Below the pieces are notes generated by a model, which searched no databases, was not told where the DNA came from, and saw only the letters and a list, made by a program, of their open reading frames with translations. Made by a program: the position numbers and the translations under genes. 53,952 nt of DNA, from IMG/VR virus record IMGVR_UViG_3300048997_000104, positions 1 to 53,952 of that record; one strand, written 5' to 3'. Within the stretch, counting starts at the first letter, position 1. Each line of letters starts with the position of its first letter. Source of the stretch: a virus (taxonomy: Duplodnaviria; Caudoviricetes). This document shows, in pieces, positions 27,330 through 37,009 of the stretch.

Positions 27330-30190
27330 TCCATCTTGACGTCAAGACGGACTACAGCTTCCTCAAGTCATACGGGTCGCCTGCCCAAATTCTTGCGCGC
27401 GTCAAGGAGCTGGAAGCTGACGTTGTCGGCATAGCCGACTTTTGCAGCACTTGGGGGCACATCCCATTTTGGAAAGCTGCGAAGAAAGAGAAAATCAAAC
27501 CACTCCTCGGCGTTCAGCTCCCAGTTGTGAAGAGCCTGGACAAAGACCCGCGCCATGACTTGGTTACTCTCATCGCAATGTCGCAGGACGGCCTGCGAGC
27601 CCAGTACGAAGCACTCAGCCTGGCTACTAAGCAGTTTTACTACCGGCCACGGCTCACGTATGATCAGTTGCATGATATCACCGGAAATGTTATTATCTCC
27701 AATAGGATAACGCTGGGGGCCGTTGATAAGTTCCTGTGTCTGCCACGGTCTTTCCTGGGGCTGGGGGTAGGTAGCGCAGCCCTCGTCGCCGCAGCTAAGG
27801 CACGCTGCGGAAGCGTGGCTATAACCTGTTCTCCGGTCTACCCGACCCCAGCCGACAAGGAAGCCTACCAGCTCGTGAATGCGATTGGATCGGCCCGCAA
27901 GACATTCGATATTGACGGCCTCGATCAGTGGATGTTCCGCCTGGGTGAGTGCTCCAGCCGGTTCTACTCCATGGGAGTGACCAAAGAGGAGTTCAATGCC
28001 TGGTATGCGCAGACGCTTGAGATAGCCAGTATCTGCTCGGCTGAGCTGCCGCAAGCTCAGAACGTCAAGCCCGCTATCAACATCACGTTGGAGCAATGGT
28101 GCGAAGATGGAGCACGAGGCAGAAATATTGATCTTTCCAAAGACCCCTGGCGCACCCGTTTGGCGTATGAGCTCAAGCTCATACACGAGAAGGGCTTTGT
28201 GGACTACTTTCTGCTCATCGGCGACCTCATCCAATGGGCTAAGGATCGAATGTTTGTGGGCCCAGCACGCGGCTCTAGCGCAGGAAGCCTGGTTTGCTAT
28301 CTTATGGGCATCGTTGAAGTGGATCCAATTGCCCATAACCTTATGTTCGAGCGGTTCATAGATGTCACGCGAACTGACCTGCCCGACGTTGATATTGATT
28401 TTCCAGACGAGCGGCGTGACGAGGTGTATGGTTACTTGGCCGACAAATACGGCGCTGACCGTGTTGCCCGCCTTGGCACAGTATCGCTATTCAAAGCAAA
28501 GTCGTCACTTGGAGATGTCGCCAAGTGTTATAGTATTCCCAAATGGGAAGTGGATTCACTCACCGACGTGCTTGTCGAACGATCAGGGGGTGACGCCCGC
28601 GCCAACATGACCATCATGGATACGATCAACCAGTTTGAGAAGGCCAAGGCGCTGGTTGACAAGTATCCAAAGATCAGGATGGCTGAGGTGCTGGAGGGCC
28701 ACGCGCGGCATACCGGGAAGCACGCGGCGGGCGTCTGTATCTCAAACGACCCCATCGCCCGGTATTGTTCGATCGACCACAATAAGGGCGGCATCGGCGA
28801 GCTGACCAAGTACGATGCCGAGGCAATCGGCCTGATGAAGATTGACGCGCTCGGCCTCAAGACCCTGAGCGTGATCCAAGATGCCTGTGACATGGCTGGG
28901 ATCAACCCACGCAGCCTGTACACTCTCCCGCTCGACCGGCAGGACGCATTTGACATCTTCCAGAAGGATAAGGTCGCTGGCGTGTTCCAGTTTGAAGGAT
29001 ACGCCGTGCGTTCATTGATGCGACAAATGGGTGTGGAGAATTTCGATGACATCGTGGCTCTCACTTCCTTGGCTCGTCCTGGCCCTCTCCATTGCGGCGG
29101 TGCTAACGAGTTTATTGCTCGTCGTACGGGACAGAAAGATTGGGACTATCAGCACCCTCTGCTTAGCTCTCACACTGGTCATACTTTCGGCACAATTGTA
29201 TACCAAGAACAAGTCATGTCCATCACACGTGATCTTGGAGGCATGGACTGGCAAGACGTCAATGCTCTTCGGCGAGCTATGTCTAAGTCCTTGGGCGAGG
29301 AGTTCTTCAACAAGTATCGAGACAAATTCCTGGTTGGAACTCGGGCCAAGTCAATCCCAGATGAAATCGCCCTCACAATTTGGGCTGATATGTGCACCTT
29401 CGGCTCTTGGGCGTTTAACCTGTCGCACGCTGTATCTTACGCCCTGATCAGCTACTGGTGCGCCTATCTCAAAGCTGTCCACCCTGCCGAGTTCGCGGTG
29501 GCCAGCTTGCGCCGAGCAGCGTCGGACGATCACATCTTCCGGCTCTTGCGCGAACTCAAGAAGGAAGGCTATGAGATTGTGCCTTTCGATCCAAACAAGT
29601 CCGACATCAATTGGTCGGCCAAAGAGGGCAAAATCTATGGAGGATTTACAGGCGTCAAGGGAGTTGGCGAGGTCACGGCTGCGCGCTTTCTTGAACAACG
29701 AAAGCAAAATCCTGCGGGATGGCTTTCTGGCCTCACTCTTGCGCAAAGGTCTAAAGTACTCGCACCAAACAATACTCCGTGGCACAACCTCACACGTCTG
29801 CACGGTGCATATGGCGCCTATTACGATGATCCTGAATCCCAAAAGGTGAAGGGGCCGATCCTAAACATCGAGGACATCCCAGAGAAAAAGGGTGAATATT
29901 GCTTCATCGCCACCCTCAAGGTCCGAAATCTGCGCGACTTGAATGAGACGCAGAGCCTTGCCAAGCGCGATGGAAAACTCATACACCACAACAACCTGTT
30001 CCTCAACCTTCAGGTCGAGGATGATACCGGCTCCATCCTTGCCACTATCAATCGCTTCAAATATCAGGAGCTAGGCAAGCCGCTGATGGAGGAGGAGAGC
30101 GACGGCCATGACTTCCTGATCCGAGGGCGGATCATGGAAGATGGTCGACGTAAGATCAACATTGACAAAATCAAGAGGCTCAGCACATGA
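27326..30190 (+). CDS. dnaE: DNA polymerase III alpha subunit (family C)
   Basis: PHP-like N-terminus, 'GPARGSSAGSL', 'FERF', 'PDVDID', 'KHAAG', 'KIDALGL', 'AFNLSHA'. Confidence 0.95.
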   Translation: MIHLDVKTDYSFLKSYGSPAQILARVKELEADVVGIADFCSTWGHIPFWKAAKKEKIKPLLGVQLPVVKSLDKDPRHDLVTLIAMSQDGLRAQYEALSLATKQFYYRPRLTYDQLHDITGNVIISNRITLGAVDKFLCLPRSFLGLGVGSAALVAAAKARCGSVAITCSPVYPTPADKEAYQLVNAIGSARKTFDIDGLDQWMFRLGECSSRFYSMGVTKEEFNAWYAQTLEIASICSAELPQAQNVKPAINITLEQWCEDGARGRNIDLSKDPWRTRLAYELKLIHEKGFVDYFLLIGDLIQWAKDRMFVGPARGSSAGSLVCYLMGIVEVDPIAHNLMFERFIDVTRTDLPDVDIDFPDERRDEVYGYLADKYGADRVARLGTVSLFKAKSSLGDVAKCYSIPKWEVDSLTDVLVERSGGDARANMTIMDTINQFEKAKALVDKYPKIRMAEVLEGHARHTGKHAAGVCISNDPIARYCSIDHNKGGIGELTKYDAEAIGLMKIDALGLKTLSVIQDACDMAGINPRSLYTLPLDRQDAFDIFQKDKVAGVFQFEGYAVRSLMRQMGVENFDDIVALTSLARPGPLHCGGANEFIARRTGQKDWDYQHPLLSSHTGHTFGTIVYQEQVMSITRDLGGMDWQDVNALRRAMSKSLGEEFFNKYRDKFLVGTRAKSIPDEIALTIWADMCTFGSWAFNLSHAVSYALISYWCAYLKAVHPAEFAVASLRRAASDDHIFRLLRELKKEGYEIVPFDPNKSDINWSAKEGKIYGGFTGVKGVGEVTAARFLEQRKQNPAGWLSGLTLAQRSKVLAPNNTPWHNLTRLHGAYGAYYDDPESQKVKGPILNIEDIPEKKGEYCFIATLKVRNLRDLNETQSLAKRDGKLIHHNNLFLNLQVEDDTGSILATINRFKYQELGKPLMEEESDGHDFLIRGRIMEDGRRKINIDKIKRLST

Positions 30191-30504
30191 CGCGTACAGA
30201 CAATGTCGGGGCGTTCCCGGCCCCCACTCAGATCACCGAGAGCCAGCACAAGGCGCTCTTGGACATCAATGCCAAAATTCAAGCCAACCAAGCAGTGGTG
30301 CGGCAGTTCCAGGAGACCATGCAGACGCGAATGCAGGAACTCCAAGCCAGGACCGCCGCGATCTGGAAGGACATCGAGGCTACATCCGGCGCCAGCATGG
30401 AAGGCATCAACTGGGAGCCACACCCTCAGCTGCCTATGATCATTCCAACTGAGATGTCACTCAGAGGCCGCGCTTTGCCTTCCAGTGGCGATAAGCTAGG
30501 CTAA
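30187..30504 (+). CDS. Hypothetical coiled-coil protein
   Basis: ATGA overlap with dnaE. Confidence 0.6.
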   Translation: MTRTDNVGAFPAPTQITESQHKALLDINAKIQANQAVVRQFQETMQTRMQELQARTAAIWKDIEATSGASMEGINWEPHPQLPMIIPTEMSLRGRALPSSGDKLG

Positions 30505-30537
30505 CGGGGTCGAGTACAACTTCCCCCTGTACCGGCG

Positions 30538-30584
30538 GGCAGGCGCACTAAGATCATGGCTGGTCGGGTGCGCCTGCCTCTTTT
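30538..30584 (+). terminator. Hairpin terminator/attenuator
   Basis: GGCAGGCGCAC / GTGCGCCTGCC followed by TCTTTT. Confidence 0.6.
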
Positions 30585-30599
30585 AACCAGGAGCGTGCG

Positions 30600-31018
30600 A
30601 TGGCAAAGAAAGAGATGGGATTTGTACTATACTGCAACGTCGATCCAATCAGCGGCCCTGAGATCGATGAATTGACCAAGTCTGGGTCAGTCGACACCGA
30701 TGGGCTTGATGGCATTGAAGGGGTCGTGATGGCGACGCCTCGCGCGGCGAGAAGGTGGCGTACAACTTCCACTTCGGCAAACACGCCGTACGCGGCAACT
30801 GGATTATGGCGCTCGGCGACTCATCCGGCTTCTCTTGGCCGTTCCCAACGGCGCACGATGCCGAGTCAATGCTGAGCGTCTGCATGGAGAAGCAACTCGA
30901 CTGGTGCAAGTTGTACTGCCCTGGACGCGAAGGCGACCATAATCCAGTACACGACAAGGTTGAAGTTGACCTCAAGTCCACATTCAGCCAAATGCTGGAC
31001 AAGCATCGTGGTCGCTGA
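30600..31018 (+). CDS. Hypothetical gene(s), possibly one frameshifted gene
   Basis: Overlapping ORFs 30600-30875 and 30755-31018. Confidence 0.35.
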
Positions 31019-31601
31019 GTCGCCGTACAACCAAGACCTCAAGAAAGCCATCCGGCGTCTGGGCATATTTGCCTACAAGGCGTCGGATCGCTTCCAGGGC
31101 GGCATCCCTGACATCTATATGGCGCGCGGCAACTGGATCGAGGGCAAGGCGATCCCAATGCCCAAGCGCAACAACGTCAGCATCCTCGTGCATGTGGACC
31201 CTGCCCAGAAGATATTGCTCAACCAGCTGACCCATTTTGGCGACCAATGCTTCCTCGCCGTCTACTGGGTCGATGAGCGCGGCATTCGTTATTTCACATT
31301 CATCCCCTGGATGGACGCCAGGTCAATCACGACCTGGGGATACAAGACCATCGGCCAGCTGTCGATCCCGATGGATCGCACCAAGCTCTGGAAGATGGAC
31401 CGTTTCTTTCACCCCAAGGCACCGCGCCGCTGGCTCGGCTCTGAGCCCGGTACATGGTGGGGAGACAGATTGAATGAATGGAAACGAGACAATCCCGACT
31501 ACTGGCGGCCCCCAGATACCGGGCGCGACGTTGGCATCCAACTCGACGGTGGAGTGGGAGAGGATCACAGTCACAGTCCGAGTGCCGAAGGGGACGGCTG
31601 A
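31008..31601 (+). CDS. PD-(D/E)xK nuclease (VRR-NUC / resolvase-like)
   Basis: 'E..', 'GIPD', 'WIEGK', 'Q'. Confidence 0.7.
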   Translation: MVAESPYNQDLKKAIRRLGIFAYKASDRFQGGIPDIYMARGNWIEGKAIPMPKRNNVSILVHVDPAQKILLNQLTHFGDQCFLAVYWVDERGIRYFTFIPWMDARSITTWGYKTIGQLSIPMDRTKLWKMDRFFHPKAPRRWLGSEPGTWWGDRLNEWKRDNPDYWRPPDTGRDVGIQLDGGVGEDHSHSPSAEGDG

Positions 31602-31735
31602 CTGGTACCGCGAGCGCGCAGAATACTTTGGCGATGGGACGCTGGACAAGGTCGTCCAGTTCTTCGTGCGCCACGCACCATCGTGGTATCTACAGCGCAT
31701 CGGATTAGCTGATTGCACATGTGCGAGGTGTAAAT

Positions 31736-32065
31736 ATGGATTGCAAAGGTGAAGGATGTAAGCGCACCGCAGTATGCGCGATGGCGATAAATGTTCCTGC
31801 GACCGGCGTGCCTATCGACATGCACCAGCCTTTGAAAATCATCTTTGGCATAGAATTGTGCGCGCGACATTATGGCGAGATCAATATCAAAGACTGGCTT
31901 GGTGATGAGAAGCTGCGCGAGTTGTTTCGTATCCAGGCTCGCATATCTGCCGGGAACCTGGCTGTGCCGCCAGATTTTGACCGAGCATTCATCAGCAAGG
32001 TTAATTTGAAGGACCCAGCATATCTCTCTATGAAGAACAGCCGCGAACCTCAATCCGGTGGATAA
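31736..32065 (+). CDS. Hypothetical protein with C-x4-C / CxxH
   Basis: GAGG RBS; possible Zn ligands. Confidence 0.55.
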   Translation: MDCKGEGCKRTAVCAMAINVPATGVPIDMHQPLKIIFGIELCARHYGEINIKDWLGDEKLRELFRIQARISAGNLAVPPDFDRAFISKVNLKDPAYLSMKNSREPQSGG

Positions 32066-32167
32066 GTCTACAACTTTATTATTGCGCGTCCGCATCTTCG
32101 CGCTTTACTCCACCGCTGCCATGGCCTAGTCTCGGGCCTTCGTTCAACCCAAACCCCAAGGGGCACT

Positions 32168-32827
32168 ATGACAGCATATCGCAAGGCAGCCGACGCTGCC
32201 GTCACTCACTATCCAACCAAATACGATCTTTGCACGATCCACGGCACCGGCAAGCCCTACAAGTTCCAGGCCGGCAGCGGTCGCGCTCGCATCCTGAACG
32301 AATTTGGCGCGGAAGGCCGCACCATCGGCGAGATCACCAAGCTGGCTGCGGAAGTGGGCTTCGATCCCAACTTCACCGTCAGCGCCATTCTCAAGCAGCA
32401 CGACACCAAGGACGGCGGCTGGACGGTCAAGGCACCGGAAGGCAAGACCCTGGAGACGATCAAGGCCGAGCGCCAAGAGCGGCGTGTCGACCCCGAGACA
32501 GCGGCCAAGAAGGCCGAGAAGGAAGCGGCCAAGAAGGCACGCGCGGATGCGCGCGAAGCCAAGAAAGCCGACAAGGATCGCAGCGCCCAGGAGAAGGCGG
32601 CGCTGAAGGCTACCCAGAAGGCCGAGAAGGACGCGGCCAAGGAAGCCAAGAAAGCCGCCAAGAAAGCCGCCAAGGACGCGGCCGCAGTCGAAGCAACAGC
32701 CAAGGCAGCGGAGCAGCCGGCGACGGATGCGCCTGCCGCCGAGCAGACGGAGGCGACGGAAGCCACCGAAGCAGCCCCGGCTCCCAAACAGAGCCGTCGG
32801 CAAGTTCGCCGTGGTGCGGTAGCCTAG
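32168..32827 (+). CDS. Lys/Ala-rich histone H1-like protein
   Basis: AAKK repeats; own promoter (32082-32109) and terminator. Confidence 0.7.
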   Translation: MTAYRKAADAAVTHYPTKYDLCTIHGTGKPYKFQAGSGRARILNEFGAEGRTIGEITKLAAEVGFDPNFTVSAILKQHDTKDGGWTVKAPEGKTLETIKAERQERRVDPETAAKKAEKEAAKKARADAREAKKADKDRSAQEKAALKATQKAEKDAAKEAKKAAKKAAKDAAAVEATAKAAEQPATDAPAAEQTEATEATEAAPAPKQSRRQVRRGAVA

Positions 32828-32862
32828 CGCGCGGTCCAGCTAGGCCACTTTCCGAGCCTCCA

Positions 32863-32894
32863 GGGGCCCAGGTTGCTTCGACAGCCTGGGCCCC
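32863..32894. terminator. Strong hairpin between convergent genes
   Basis: GGGGCCCAGGTTG / CAGCCTGGGCCCC. Confidence 0.65.
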
Positions 32895-32903
32895 ACGCAC
32901 ATT

Positions 32904-33242
32904 CTACCAATTGCGTTGCGCCCACCGAGGGTGATGTCCAATGGGCATGATGTGCGTCGGTCGCACGCAGGCATCCTCGCAGCAAGTCCGCTCCGGTCCA
33001 TTGACCACATAGAACTTGTCTGGGAAATCCCAGAACAACTTGGCGATAAACCGCTTGGCGTTTAGCAGTTTGCGCGTCTCTGTATGGTACAGCATTGGAT
33101 AGCGGCCCTTGTCAATGGTTCCTCTCCAATACCAGTGCTCGCCCATCCGCAAGATATTGTGCTCGATGTATCTGAGCCAATCGGCTGGTATGTCGCGCAG
33201 CCGCGTGTCCATGTCAACGAGTGGTCGAATCAAGACGATCAT
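32904..33242 (-). CDS. HNH-like (Zn-binding loop) endonuclease, possibly degenerate
   Basis: 'W.W.G....G.YP', 'C...CV.P.H'; lone antisense gene. Confidence 0.55.
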   Translation of the reverse strand: MIVLIRPLVDMDTRLRDIPADWLRYIEHNILRMGEHWYWRGTIDKGRYPMLYHTETRKLLNAKRFIAKLFWDFPDKFYVVNGPERTCCEDACVRPTHIMPIGHHPRWAQRNW

Positions 33243-33339
33243 CTTTGCTCCTTTCAAGCTCCCGACTTTGAAAACATCTGACTATATTCTAAGATACCGT
33301 TCCCGCTCTCAGCTGAGAGCCAAGAGTGGAGCTGTTGTT

Positions 33340-33528
33340 ATGGAAGTCGAAACTGCTACCCCGTTGATCGAGGACTTTATGGCCGTCATGAAGAAACACC
33401 TTCGTGACAAACCTCTGGGCAAGCGCAATGCCCACGAGTATCGTCTGCTGGTGCTGCACATGCGCCAAGAGGCCGATGTTCTGGAGGAAAAGGTCAACAA
33501 AAAGCTCGGCAGCGACAGCCACTCCTGA
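33340..33528 (+). CDS. Hypothetical protein
   Basis: GGAG RBS; followed by hairpin 33538-33573. Confidence 0.55.
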   Translation: MEVETATPLIEDFMAVMKKHLRDKPLGKRNAHEYRLLVLHMRQEADVLEEKVNKKLGSDSHS

Positions 33529-33654
33529 TTCCAACCAGTTGGGAGAGCGGGCGAACAAGCCCGCTCTTTCAACCCGCGAGTTTTGAAATTCTCGCAGGTC
33601 ACGCTATACTCTAGTCTAGCTTCCGACGCATGTGGAAGTAAACAGGAGAGCATC

Positions 33655-34236
33655 TTGCCAAACAACAGAGAGTTTCGAGACTGGATGCTCAAGGCTAATG
33701 ACTCGCTCAAAGAGGCGGGCTTGGCGAGTGCATCAATCCTCAGCGGCAATTACTGGGAAGTGGCGTACGCCGAGGGCAAGACGCCGCAGCAGGCCGTCCA
33801 TGACCATCCCACGTACGTCGCTGGGTTGACCAAGGTCGAGCCGGGTGTGAAGAGAACGCCCCGTGGCTACTATTTGCAGCAAGACAACGCCATGCGCTGG
33901 TGGACAGAGAAGGTGCCCAAGATCGGAAATGACGGGAAACCGATCAAGCTGTTCTGGGATTGCTCAGATACAGCAGACAACTACTCCATAATGCCAGTAA
34001 TGGCCGAGGCCCAGGCGTTTGGCGCCAACAAGGATTGGGTCCAGAAGGTGCTTGCCTTCAACAAGCTGGCGAATGAGACAATGCTGCGCTTGGCCTGCAA
34101 AGGCAACGGCTTCAACGCGCGCAAGATCGGCGACGATTGGGTGGTCACCGAGGAAGGCACCCACGGCGCTGGGCGCGACAAAGACCTGTGGACGGCCATC
34201 GTCAATCTGATCAAGAAGTCAGAGGGGATAAGCTAG
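33655..34236 (+). CDS. Hypothetical protein
   Basis: Promoter TTGAAA-N16-TATACT (33583-33610), AGGAG RBS, TTG start. Confidence 0.6.
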   Translation: MPNNREFRDWMLKANDSLKEAGLASASILSGNYWEVAYAEGKTPQQAVHDHPTYVAGLTKVEPGVKRTPRGYYLQQDNAMRWWTEKVPKIGNDGKPIKLFWDCSDTADNYSIMPVMAEAQAFGANKDWVQKVLAFNKLANETMLRLACKGNGFNARKIGDDWVVTEEGTHGAGRDKDLWTAIVNLIKKSEGIS

Positions 34237-34392
34237 TGCCGGCCATTTTGCCCCTCAGATCGCCCGCGCTATACTCCTCTATCGGCTCAACGGCAGCGTA
34301 GCACGCCTAGGGCGGGTGGTACGGTTGGGAGCGTATCCCAGCCGCTACCTGGGCACTGGACTGTACCAGGGCCTTGGCTTAACGGAGGAAAC

Positions 34393-34674
34393 ATGGCTGA
34401 CGATCCTGTTGATAAGGGCAATACTCTCGTACAAGAGACCATGGACGAGATCAACGCCAAGTTCAGCAAATGGGGGACGGACCTGGAGCCTATGGCTCGC
34501 AGGCTCTGTGAGGGCATTCGCACTGCCGACCCGAATGACGACAAATCGACGCCTCAGCGCGAAATCATCTATGCTGGCGTTGGGTTCGTCAAGTTCCTTT
34601 GGACGACGTACGCCATGAACCTTACGGCTGCACAAGTCAGGGAGATGATCAGCGAGGTAGTCACAGACGAATAA
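34393..34674 (+). CDS. Hypothetical protein
   Basis: GGAGG RBS; promoter 34248-34275; hairpin 34682-34710. Confidence 0.65.
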   Translation: MADDPVDKGNTLVQETMDEINAKFSKWGTDLEPMARRLCEGIRTADPNDDKSTPQREIIYAGVGFVKFLWTTYAMNLTAAQVREMISEVVTDE

Positions 34675-34778
34675 ACTTGGGGCGGGCAACCTGCGCTTGC
34701 GGTTGCCCGCTTCTCTCTATCCACTTTCTGCCTCATTGCCCTCGGCGTAGACTAAGAGGGTAGCGCGAGTCAAACACA

Positions 34779-36661
34779 ATGGGGGATTCAATGAGTCTTG
34801 TACTTTGCGGTGTTTGTCAGCAGACCGTTATCTCAGGAGACGCTTACATTCTCCACGATATCATCCAGCACGGCGGGATGGAGCGCATCTTGATCCATCA
34901 CGATACGATCTGTAACCGCGGCGGAAGGCAGCATTGCTTCTGCTTGATACTCGACTATGAGCGCATCTACAGAGCGCATATGCAACGTCAGCAAAACGGG
35001 AGCGCGGCGTAATGAAATGGCAGCAAATTGACGACAAGACGATCATGGTTAGCTTCAACACGGGCAACCTGTTCATCACGGTCGATGAAGCAAATGAGGG
35101 GCAGCCAGGGGTGTCTGTCGAGTTTGCTGCCACTCCCAACAACGTCATCATAATGCGCGGAAACGTGAAGGTGAGTGATGGTAGCGTCTCGTAAGACGAT
35201 CAATGAGGCGCTCGATGCCATGTTCATGTGGAGCGAGATTGAAGGCATCGAGCGCGACAAGCTCGGCCTCTTGCTGGCATCTTTGTGCGACGTTCGCGGC
35301 AATGCCAGCTGGTACTGGACGACACGCCAGATGATGGCTGAATATAATAGCCGCATCGGGCGCGAGATTGCTCAACAGAAACCCGGAGTACATCGTGATG
35401 GCTGATGATCAATTGCCAAAGCCTGGAGCTACACCATTCGTCATCGAGTCAATACGGATGCTCGCGCCCAATAGCATCGGCATCCGTAACTACAGCGATG
35501 ACGACATCAATCGCGCGGTGCTCGCGTACAATCCCGACTGGCACAAGCCGTTCGACTGGATCGGCTTCAACATCTTCCTGAAAGCAGCCAAAGAGGACAG
35601 CTTCACATGACGTCAATTCTGTATCCATGGGTGATGGAACTTGGTCTGCGTCACCAAGGCGCGCTGATGTCTGCTATGCGGAGTTGCGACACAGCACCGC
35701 GCCACGACCCGAGCAAAATGCTCTCCCGCGTGATGCGCGCGAGCGTCTTGACACCTCATTCTGGGCGTTTCCCTGAAGAGCGCGCCAGCTACATCGTCTG
35801 GGTCAAGGACGAGCGCCAATGGTGGGATGAATACACCTCGCCATTCTTGCGATCATACGATCAATATCCAAACCACTTCGTCGTGCACATTCTCCAGGCA
35901 GCGGAGATTATTGGCTATTGCGCGCCGCTGTTTGAGTGCCCATTCTTTGGCGCTCGCTGGCGCGAGTTCTACGACAGGATGTGCCTGTCTCTGCACGTCA
36001 ATCCAGAAACTCCTGGGCAAATGCACACCCGGCTCAATGCTGATGGCGAGACATTTGTCCGCAACCAAGACGAGATGCGTGGAGTATGCTGATGGTTGAC
36101 AAGGTCGATGTGTTCGTGCCGCCTGCGGACTGGCGCATGGGCAACAAAGAGCGAGTGCTGTGGCAAGCAACCGGCTTAGTCTTTGAAGGCGGCAAGATAA
36201 GTGTTGGCTTCGACATGGCCATAAGCATAATGCTATCCCGGCTGTCGACTGAGCTGCGCCGCGAGAAAGGCCTGGACATGGCAATGGAGGCATTCCGCAA
36301 GATCGCTGAGACAATGCCGGTCGCGGCGACAATGGACGTCAAAGATGTTTAGCGACAAAGAGCGCACGCTGATTTGGATGGCTATCTGCGCTCTGGTCAT
36401 CATCTGCCTCTGCGTTATTGGGAGCAAACTATGAGCGACAACCCTGGCACCGTTCTATGGGAATGGGTAGTCCAAGAGCCTGATGGCAGCGTCGGGCGGG
36501 TTCCTGCTCATATACCAACAATTGGAATGGCTGCGCTATCTGCGCGGTCGCGCTATTACGCAGAGAAGCTGCGCCCGCTTGCTAAGGATTACGCAATGCG
36601 CACAGGCAAGCGCGTCTGGCTGCGCGAGTTCCGAATGTTTGCCGACCATGAAGATGCCTAA
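34779..36661 (+). other. Run of small coupled hypothetical genes (34779-35012, 35012-35194, 35178-35405, 35398-35610, 35607-36092, 36086-36352, 36431-36661)
   Basis: Overlapping start/stop codons; no recognisable motifs. Confidence 0.55.
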
Positions 36662-36681
36662 ACCATAACATGCGGAGGATT

Positions 36682-36709
36682 TTGCCGTACAGCGTGCCTA
36701 GGCTATACT
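36682..36709 (+). promoter_or_regulatory. Putative sigma70-type promoter
   Basis: TTGCCG-N16-TATACT. Confidence 0.6.
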
Positions 36710-37009
36710 ATAGGGGTTGAGGCACGAATGGAGCGAGCAAATATGCCACCTCGCATCTTCAATCTCCTCTACTGGTACATGGAGCAGAGCATGGACATTG
36801 TCATCCGGTATACATCAATCGATGGTGCCAGCGAGAAGCGCAAATACAAGACGCTATTTGCCGCGCGAGAATGGGCCCGCAAACTGGTCGGTGCGCATCC
36901 CGACTGCGGCTCATACTATGCTGTCAGCGATGATGGCATCGGCAAAGTGACGGTCGAGGGCGCCAAGCTCGCCGAAATCTTCCCAGACGCCTCGTAATTG
37001 GAGGAGCAA

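Noticed and set aside
27326-30190. Intein or intron in dnaE, terL or the helicases
   Set aside because: Normal lengths, continuous motifs, no splice-junction signatures
32645-32676. 12-nt tandem repeat GCCAAGAAAGCC
   Set aside because: Encodes AKKA repeats of the histone-like protein
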